Shown: positions 6,327-11,931 of the stretch, piece after piece
How the letters are laid out: each line of letters begins with the position of its first letter
Position numbering within the stretch: the first letter of the stretch is position 1
Program-made: the position numbers and the translations under genes
Notes under the pieces: model-generated
What the model was told of the DNA's origin: nothing
Seen by the model: only the letters and a program-made list of their open reading frames with translations
Database searches by the model: none
Source of the DNA: an uncultured Methanosarcinales archaeon
Lineage (GTDB): Archaea; Nanobdellota; Nanobdellia; Woesearchaeales; UBA11576
Assembly: GCA_964572875.1 (NCBI GenBank)
Contig: CAZNGE010000024.1
Location: 4,417 to 18,169 of the forward strand
Direction: 5' to 3'
DNA: 13,753 nucleotides

Positions 6327-7136
6327 TTAACGCGAGACCTCCCTGTCCACATGCTCCTTCACGAAATCACCTATCTCCTTGAGGAAAAAATCAGCATCAG
6401 CGAGATACGAGTCGAACTCCCTGCCCGATATCTCGAACACCTCCTTGTGCATTATCCGCTTGGCAGCGTCATAGAAGCGATCCACTATGTCCGCGCACCT
6501 GCGATGCACGAGGTTCCGCGCCACCAACTCCTTCCTGACAGCCTCAGCAAGATGCTTCGGCGACGGAGGGGTCAGGCCTGCGACCATGACTGCCGCGTGC
6601 GCTGCGTCCATCACAGCCCAGTAAAGGTCTATCACAGCCCTGCCCACCTTCTGGTTAGAGGCCTTCAACGAGCGCTCTGCCTTGACAAAATACACATTGA
6701 CGCTCTCCTTTGACGGTCTTATCTTCCCTGTGACCAGCAGGTCCTGGAGAGGAAGGAAGAAGCCGTTGTCATGCACCACAAGCCCATCCCGGGCAAGCTG
6801 CATCACATCGTCGTCACGCGACCTGAAACCCTCCCAGAACGCAGAAGCGAGCATGGCTTCGCACTTGAGCGGAAGAGTGCTCTCATACGCCATGTCAGAT
6901 GCGGAGATGCGGAACTCCTCTACCTGAGGATCGAATATCAGTGAGTTGAGGTCGTCAAGGATAAACACCATCTCGAGAAGGTTCCTCGACTCTGAAGGCC
7001 GCTTCAGTAATACAGAAGATATGGTCTTCCCGTGCTCCTGAAGTGCCTTTTCCGCAAAAGCGCGCACATCCCTGTACCTCTGTTCTGTAAGGTGATCTGC
7101 GTTATGCGGCTTTTTCCTCTCAAGCTTGTCTTCCAT
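6327..7136 (-). CDS. Paralog of the 3419..4246 NTase-HEPN protein with a degenerate nucleotidyltransferase active site (269 aa)
   Basis: Clear collinear similarity to the 275-aa protein: ARDGLVVHDNGFF vs LRDGTAVYDKGCF, GKIRPSKE vs GKIRPGKE, AVIDLYWAVMDAAHAAV vs AVIDLHWAVFDAAHSAL. However, FGS is replaced by LKR and SDIDVLII by LLEMVFIL. The same AGAGGAGAAAG RBS lies upstream. Confidence 0.7.
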   Translation of the reverse strand: MEDKLERKKPHNADHLTEQRYRDVRAFAEKALQEHGKTISSVLLKRPSESRNLLEMVFILDDLNSLIFDPQVEEFRISASDMAYESTLPLKCEAMLASAFWEGFRSRDDDVMQLARDGLVVHDNGFFLPLQDLLVTGKIRPSKESVNVYFVKAERSLKASNQKVGRAVIDLYWAVMDAAHAAVMVAGLTPPSPKHLAEAVRKELVARNLVHRRCADIVDRFYDAAKRIMHKEVFEISGREFDSYLADADFFLKEIGDFVKEHVDREVSR

Positions 7137-7151
7137 TTCCTTTCTCCTCTA

Positions 7152-7706
7152 TCATGGATGGAACCATTCCATCTTGTAGCCAAGGGACCTCAGCAGGTGC
7201 ATCGAGCTGACCACGCTCTCGACAAGCTCCTCTGACGGGGTCGAGTACAGGTCCTTGTCAGGCGAGTTCTGCATGCTCTGCTTGACGACATCATATGCCT
7301 GCCTTGCGTTCTCATACACCTCGAGGAACTCATCCCTCGTCGGGGTTCTGCTGTCCTGCGCATACCATCCCTGGATCTCCTCCAGGGTGTTCTGCGGAAG
7401 GAGCTCCTGTATGCGCCTGCCATAGTCAGCGCCTCCCTTCTCTATCCTCTTGATGTCCGATTCATTGATCTGCGCCTCGATGTCCTTGGACTGCTCGAAC
7501 AGCTTGTCTATATTCACCTGGTCCTGCTTCGGCACGTCTATCTCCTGCAGCATCTCGTCTATCTTTATCTCCTTGAGCGAATCCTCTATTATCTTGCGGG
7601 CCTCGAGCTCCTCCCTCTTCCTCTTCTCCTCGAGCGCCTTCAGCCTAGCGAGACGTTCCTTGGGAGGGAGTTTCCTTATCTTCTCAAGCTCTTTCTCATC
7701 TACCAT
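7152..7706 (-). CDS. Hypothetical protein, charged coiled-coil N-terminus (184 aa)
   Basis: Its start ATG overlaps the upstream stop (ATGGTAG, 7700-7706). K/E/R-rich helix-like N-terminal half, C-terminal ~80 aa unrecognised. Stop is TGA at 7152-7154. Confidence 0.7.
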   Translation of the reverse strand: MVDEKELEKIRKLPPKERLARLKALEEKRKREELEARKIIEDSLKEIKIDEMLQEIDVPKQDQVNIDKLFEQSKDIEAQINESDIKRIEKGGADYGRRIQELLPQNTLEEIQGWYAQDSRTPTRDEFLEVYENARQAYDVVKQSMQNSPDKDLYSTPSEELVESVVSSMHLLRSLGYKMEWFHP

Positions 7707-9166
7707 GTCGCCATCCTGTACATCTTCTTGAAATTCTTGTAAGCGTTATAGAGCACGAACTCCATAGCACCTATCGCCGCGCCCCTGTCCTTGTCCTTCT
7801 GCCAATCGCTCTTCTCACCCTTGGACCTCTTCTTCATGCTCGGAAGCAGGGGCCCGAATATCTCCTTGAAGCCTCCGAAAATCGCGAGGAAGGGCTCGGC
7901 AGTCTCCTTCAGTCCTTCCATCGCCTTCTTGGCCGCGACCTGCTTCTCCTCTTTCTCTTTTATGTCTTCTGGAAACTCCTCACCTGCCTGCTTGAGGTAG
8001 TCGCGCAGGTCATCACCCAAAGCCTCTATTGACTCCTTCAGCGAAACATCAATGTCTCCCAGGATGTCCATCACCTCTTCCTCGCGCATCCGGAGATAGT
8101 TCTTCCGCTCCTCATCCGACCAGGCATAACCCCTCAATGTGAACTCTGTCCTGCCCACATGGACCGGACCCTTGTGCTGGTAGCCTTCCTGATGGTATTC
8201 CATCCTCGGACTTGTCCTGTAGACCATGTTCATCACTATTATCGGCTGGTAAAACGAACCAGGCAACGGCCTGCTGAACATGACCTCTATCTCGGTCACG
8301 CTGCCCTCGAAAGCTCCGATTATGTCCTCACTGATCGTCTTCTCAAAGTTCTGGGAGAGACGCCGGACATTGCGCAGGTACGGCTTGACCCAGTTGATGT
8401 ACATCTGGATAGAATTGTAATGCTGCCTGAGGAACTTCAGGGTGAAGCGATGCCGGTTCTTGAGCTCCTTGTGCGTATGCTCTTTCCAGACGATGAACGC
8501 CTGCAATTTGTTCTTCAGCACGTTCTTGAGCTTCAGGTTGAACCTAAGGCTGTTGACATAGCTGTCGACCTCGCCTTTCTTCATAGGCGGCGCTGCAAAG
8601 AACAGGTCAGGAAGCGCAGTGTATCCCAAAGTGCTCGCGAGACCGTAAACAGAGCCGGGCGACTTCACTCCTCCGTCCTTCAGGTCGACCCAATAGCTCC
8701 TCAGCACGATCTCCGCCGACTGGCTGGTCTTCCTCGCATTGACAGAGTCCTGCTTCTCTATCGCCTTCTCACTCGCCGTGTAAAGGTCAAGCCTCTCATC
8801 AAGAATCCTCAGCTCTCGCACTATCTGGAACAGCTCCTTTGTCAGCTTGCCTATCGTGGCGAGATAGTTCGAGACCTGCCCCTGCTGGATCGACAGGCGC
8901 TGCTGGGCCTGGCCCCAGAACGCAGACTGCTCTGAAGCAGTGAATATGTCGGTTATCTTGGTCGCCTCGTGGAAGCCGAAATCATCCCGTATCTGGTTCA
9001 GCAGGAAGAAATAATGCGCCTCTACAGACTGGTTGAACACCTCGCGCACCATCCTGAGAGTGTGGACTGCCTCAGGCACGTTCTTTATCGGGACAGGATC
9101 AGACCCTCTTGTCCGCTCCTGCATCTCCCATTCCCTGAATCCGAAATCCTTGCAGTCTATTGCCAT
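7700..9166 (-). CDS. Hypothetical protein, first gene of the operon (488 aa), no recognisable family
   Basis: Long ORF with codon usage like its neighbours and AAGGAAAAG upstream of the ATG. It has helical or coiled segments, a central mixed region and a basic, amphipathic-looking C-terminal tail (FLAIFGGFKEIFGPLLPSMKKRSKG...). No Walker, nuclease or other motif noticed. Confidence 0.7.
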   Translation of the reverse strand: MAIDCKDFGFREWEMQERTRGSDPVPIKNVPEAVHTLRMVREVFNQSVEAHYFFLLNQIRDDFGFHEATKITDIFTASEQSAFWGQAQQRLSIQQGQVSNYLATIGKLTKELFQIVRELRILDERLDLYTASEKAIEKQDSVNARKTSQSAEIVLRSYWVDLKDGGVKSPGSVYGLASTLGYTALPDLFFAAPPMKKGEVDSYVNSLRFNLKLKNVLKNKLQAFIVWKEHTHKELKNRHRFTLKFLRQHYNSIQMYINWVKPYLRNVRRLSQNFEKTISEDIIGAFEGSVTEIEVMFSRPLPGSFYQPIIVMNMVYRTSPRMEYHQEGYQHKGPVHVGRTEFTLRGYAWSDEERKNYLRMREEEVMDILGDIDVSLKESIEALGDDLRDYLKQAGEEFPEDIKEKEEKQVAAKKAMEGLKETAEPFLAIFGGFKEIFGPLLPSMKKRSKGEKSDWQKDKDRGAAIGAMEFVLYNAYKNFKKMYRMATW

Positions 9167-9190
9167 TTTCTTTTCCTTATATCTATAGTC

Positions 9191-9216
9191 AATGCTTAAA
9201 TATGTTTATAAGCATT
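9191..9216 (-). promoter_or_regulatory. Operon promoter: TATA-like CTTATAAAC (minus strand, 9204-9212) embedded in the inverted repeat AATGCTTA-N10-TAAGCATT
   Basis: The TATA-like box is ~38 nt upstream of ATG 9166. Perfect 8-bp inverted-repeat arms lie at 9191-9198 and 9209-9216. Confidence 0.45.
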
Positions 9217-9267
9217 ATGGTATTCTTACCGACGATTATGTGACATCAGTGTCCTGACCTGTCCTAA

Positions 9268-9531
9268 TCACCTCTTGTAAAGCACGACCACGAAACCGAC
9301 CTGGTCGATGATGTCTGATGATGTCGCCTTTGCAAGCTCTTTCGCAGCGGCCTTCCGGTCACTGGACTCCAAAAAAGACCTGAGGAACTTGACCTTGACA
9401 AGCTTCCTCTTCTGCAGGAGACTCTTCACCTGCATTATGGCGTTGTCGGTCAGGCCGTTCTTGCCTATCCTGACCAGCGGCTCCATGAGCCTTGCCTTGC
9501 TCTTCAGCATCTTGGTGTTGTCTATCACCAT
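9268..9531 (-). CDS. yhbY: YhbY/CRS1 (CRM domain) family RNA-binding protein (87 aa)
   Basis: The size and the pattern LKSKARLMEPLVRIGKNGLTDNAI...LVKVKF...IDQVGFVVVLYKR match the YhbY signature (IGKxGLT, KVK, LYR/K). Confidence 0.8.
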   Translation of the reverse strand: MVIDNTKMLKSKARLMEPLVRIGKNGLTDNAIMQVKSLLQKRKLVKVKFLRSFLESSDRKAAAKELAKATSSDIIDQVGFVVVLYKR

Positions 9532-9544
9532 GTTATTGCCCTGT

Positions 9545-11242
9545 TCATGCTGTCACGTGCGTGGGATGCTCGTGGCCAACATTCTTCCTCTGCAGCAGGT
9601 CGTCGATGTGCCTGTACTTGACCATAAGCATCCTGAGCTGGTTTGCCTCGAAATCAGGCAGCATGCTCGAGACCATGTCCCCGCCGAGGAAATGCGGAAG
9701 TATGACATAGTCAGCACCCATCTTATAGAGCTCAAGCGCCTGGTCTATCTTGTGCGCAGTGACTATCATCGGTATGTAGTTGTTGAGCGCCTTTATCTTC
9801 TGGAGCAGCAGCAGGTTGTCCTTGTATGATGTCGCGGTCGAGATCAGCATCCTTGTCTTCTTTATGTCAAGCCTTGCAAGTATCTCGGGGTCGCATATGT
9901 CCCCGTACATGCATGGCACACCCATGTTCTTCAGCTTCTTTATCCGGTCAGGATTGAAATCCACGACAAGGACATTCTTCTTCTGCGCGACCAACGTGTT
10001 CAGGATGCTGTATCCTATGCGGTCATAGCCGCAGAGTATCACGTCATAGAACAGCTTGTGGCTACACATCGGGCCGTGATGGCCTATCCTGAAACCGAGC
10101 ATCTTGAGGAAATCGATGAAATACCTGTACATCCTTGACTCGTAATTCATGATATATGACGTCAATGTCATGGTTATGACCGCGAGCATGATAGTGAGCG
10201 TGAGGATGCCCTGTGGGATTGCGCCGGAATTCACTCCCAGGAGGACTATTATCAGGGAGAACTCCGATATCTGCGCCAATGATGACGCAGTGATGAATGA
10301 TGTCCTGGGCTGGTGCCTCATGCCCAGGAGCGCGAAGAATATGACCAGCATCTTGACGAATACCGCGAGCAGCAGCAGGAGCAGGAGTACGGGCAGCGCG
10401 AGAGGCGTGAAGCCCTTGAACGTGAACTGGAGACCCAGCGACGTGAAGAACATTATCGAGAAGAAGTCCCTCAGAGGCCCTACTTTCCCGACTATCTCTA
10501 TGTTGTACGGCAGGTTGGCGAGGAGCACGCCTGCGAAGAACGCACCTATGGTTATCGAAAGGCCTATCGCGCTGAATATGAGCGCGAAAAGGAAGCAGAC
10601 GCTCAGCGAGACTATAAGCAGGAGCTCCCGGGACTTGGCAGCGAACTCGAACACATGAGGGAACACGTACCTGCTTGCAAGGATGCCTGCCAGGATCACA
10701 AGCAGTATCTTGACGAAGAAGAAATAGCCTATCGCGCCATTCGAGACTGACGCCAGGTACGATAATGCCATTATCGCGAATATGTCCTGCACGACCAGGA
10801 TGCCTATGGTCAGCCTGCCGTGGAGGGTGTTGGTCTCGAGCTTGTCAGACAGTATCTTTATCACGATCATGGTGCTGCTGAACGCTATGACCAGCCCGAG
10901 ATAGATGGATTCCACTGAGTCGAAACCGAGGAGCTTTGTCACGAAATAGCCTGCAGCGAACACCAGCAGCATCTCTATGCTTCCGACTGCTGTAGATACT
11001 ATCCCAATGTCCTTGAGCTTCTTGAACTCCAGCTCAAGCCCGACGATGAAGAGCAGGAACGCTATCCCTATCTCACTCAGGTTCATGATGAGGTCATGGT
11101 TCGTGACGAGACCGAAGACATTGCCTATCAGGATGCCTGCTATTATGTACGCAGGTACAAGGGGCTGCTTGGCGAGCTTCGCCAGATAGGTCGCTAGACC
11201 CGCGAAGATCACCAGCATCCCGATCTCGAAAAATATGTCCAT
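9545..11242 (-). CDS. CPA2-family (Kef-type) monovalent cation:proton antiporter with C-terminal RCK/TrkA-N domain (565 aa)
   Basis: A multi-pass hydrophobic N-terminal ~390 aa begins MDIFFEIGMLVIFAGL...QPLVPAYIIAGILIG. The C-terminal Rossmann-like domain reads VILCGYDRIGYSILNTLVAQKKNVLVVDFNPDRIKKL. An in-frame stop lies 3 codons upstream of the ATG. Confidence 0.85.
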   Translation of the reverse strand: MDIFFEIGMLVIFAGLATYLAKLAKQPLVPAYIIAGILIGNVFGLVTNHDLIMNLSEIGIAFLLFIVGLELEFKKLKDIGIVSTAVGSIEMLLVFAAGYFVTKLLGFDSVESIYLGLVIAFSSTMIVIKILSDKLETNTLHGRLTIGILVVQDIFAIMALSYLASVSNGAIGYFFFVKILLVILAGILASRYVFPHVFEFAAKSRELLLIVSLSVCFLFALIFSAIGLSITIGAFFAGVLLANLPYNIEIVGKVGPLRDFFSIMFFTSLGLQFTFKGFTPLALPVLLLLLLLAVFVKMLVIFFALLGMRHQPRTSFITASSLAQISEFSLIIVLLGVNSGAIPQGILTLTIMLAVITMTLTSYIMNYESRMYRYFIDFLKMLGFRIGHHGPMCSHKLFYDVILCGYDRIGYSILNTLVAQKKNVLVVDFNPDRIKKLKNMGVPCMYGDICDPEILARLDIKKTRMLISTATSYKDNLLLLQKIKALNNYIPMIVTAHKIDQALELYKMGADYVILPHFLGGDMVSSMLPDFEANQLRMLMVKYRHIDDLLQRKNVGHEHPTHVTA

Positions 11243-11269
11243 CTCAGTTCACCATCGTGACCATGCCAT

Positions 11270-11294
11270 GGCCGGCCTGTTGGGCTGGCCGGCC
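11270..11294. other. All-GC hairpin: GGCCGGCC-N9-GGCCGGCC
   Basis: Two copies of the self-complementary octamer (11270-11277 and 11287-11294) lie in the 140-nt spacer between the AbrB-like gene and the antiporter gene. Confidence 0.5.
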
Positions 11295-11382
11295 GCTGGG
11301 CAAGGTCCTTCCTCCTGTAACTAGGACAAATCCGTCCTTTCCCCTATTAACATGAACTCCTCTACATGCACCATTCACATCA

Positions 11383-11541
11383 TCATCTAGCCTTTCCATT
11401 CTCCCTCAGCTTCAGAAGTATGTTGCCCTGCTGGTCCAGCTCTATCTTTATGCTGGAGCCTTTCTTCCAGCCCTTCGCGTCGATCAGGGCCTTAGGCAGG
11501 GTTATCTTGTATTGCTTGTTGTTGTCGAACTGCAGCTTCAC
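11383..11541 (-). CDS. AbrB/SpoVT (swapped-hairpin) family DNA-binding protein, 52 aa, absent from the ORF track
   Basis: My translation of the minus strand gives (V/M)KLQFDNNKQYKITLPKALIDAKGWKKGSSIKIELDQQGNILLKLRENGKAR, stop TGA at 11383-11385. The ITLPKAL...GWKKGSxIxIE pattern is typical of the SpoVT-AbrB domain. Start is GTG (11539-11541) or the adjacent TTG (11542-11544), with an in-frame TGA just upstream. Confidence 0.65.
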   Translation of the reverse strand: MKLQFDNNKQYKITLPKALIDAKGWKKGSSIKIELDQQGNILLKLRENGKAR

Positions 11542-11752
11542 CAATCATATCACTTTCGGTTCCTGTAACAGCATAGAACATTATAGGAGGCAGCGCCTTG
11601 GCGATTTCTGTGAACATCTCTCACAGACCTGGTGGCTTTCCGAGGAGGTTAGTAAGTATGAGCGCCGCCTCCTACATGTCTATTTGTTAAACGTACCTCT
11701 TTTTCCCCTGCATATGCTGTGGAGACCACAGCAAAGGCGTTGGAGCATGATT

Positions 11753-11825
11753 GAATTATACATATTTTAATACATATATTTATATTTTTCTAAAGGTATA
11801 ATAATATACGTAGAATTATACATAT
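11753..11825. repeat. Two exact copies of GAATTATACATAT (11753-11765 and 11813-11825), start-to-start spacing 60 bp
   Basis: Read directly in the AT-rich divergent intergenic region. A partial third copy, ATACATAT, lies at 11770-11777. Confidence 0.6.
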
Positions 11826-11892
11826 ACTGATATTTAAAGGTTTCGGTGGTTTATTACGGGTTTTAATGTTTCTTCTATACAGTAGTTAAAAT

Positions 11893-11909
11893 AGAAAAAT
11901 TTATAAACC
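11893..11909 (+). promoter_or_regulatory. BRE/TATA promoter AGAAAaATTTATAAACC for the 11932 gene (leaderless arrangement)
   Basis: TTTATAAA (11900-11907) ends 24 nt before ATG 11932, with no SD in between. It is near-identical to 723-739. Confidence 0.6.
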
Positions 11910-11931
11910 TGATATTATACAAAATAACAAC

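Noticed and set aside
6326-6352. Upstream ATG (6350-6352) as the start of the TIM-barrel gene
   Set aside because: It would overlap the preceding gene by 26 nt. ATG 6323-6325 sits 1 nt after the upstream stop and behind GGGAGGT. I keep the longer form as a possible alternative and cannot exclude it from sequence alone.
8159-8935. 258-aa plus-strand ORF antisense to the 488-aa gene
   Set aside because: Leu/Arg/Val-rich composition typical of antisense frames. No promoter or RBS, and it would break the tightly coupled operon.
10149-10750. 169-aa and 145-aa plus-strand ORFs antisense to the antiporter gene
   Set aside because: The minus-strand frame encodes a textbook multi-TM CPA2 protein. 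These frames are charge-rich mirrors of hydrophobic codons.
11375-11392. C/D-box sRNA suggested by GATGATGA on the minus strand at the AbrB stop codon
   Set aside because: No matching D box (CUGA), C'/D' boxes or terminal stem lie at the appropriate distance.
11383-11541. AbrB-like protein as the antitoxin of a VapBC/MazEF-type toxin-antitoxin pair
   Set aside because: No PIN, MazF or other toxin ORF lies directly downstream. The next gene is 140 nt away and is an antiporter. A stand-alone regulator is more likely.
11366-11770. 134-aa plus-strand ORF from the track
   Set aside because: It lies antisense to the AbrB-like ORF for its first third, then runs through AT-rich non-coding DNA. The composition is implausible (His/Ser/Leu/Cys/Trp-rich) and there are no start signals.
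11740-11931. AT-rich repeat-bearing spacer as a replication origin
   Set aside because: There are no ORB or mini-ORB-like elements with G-strings, no orc1/cdc6 gene nearby, and the repeats are direct and only two in number. A promoter or regulatory region is the simpler reading.
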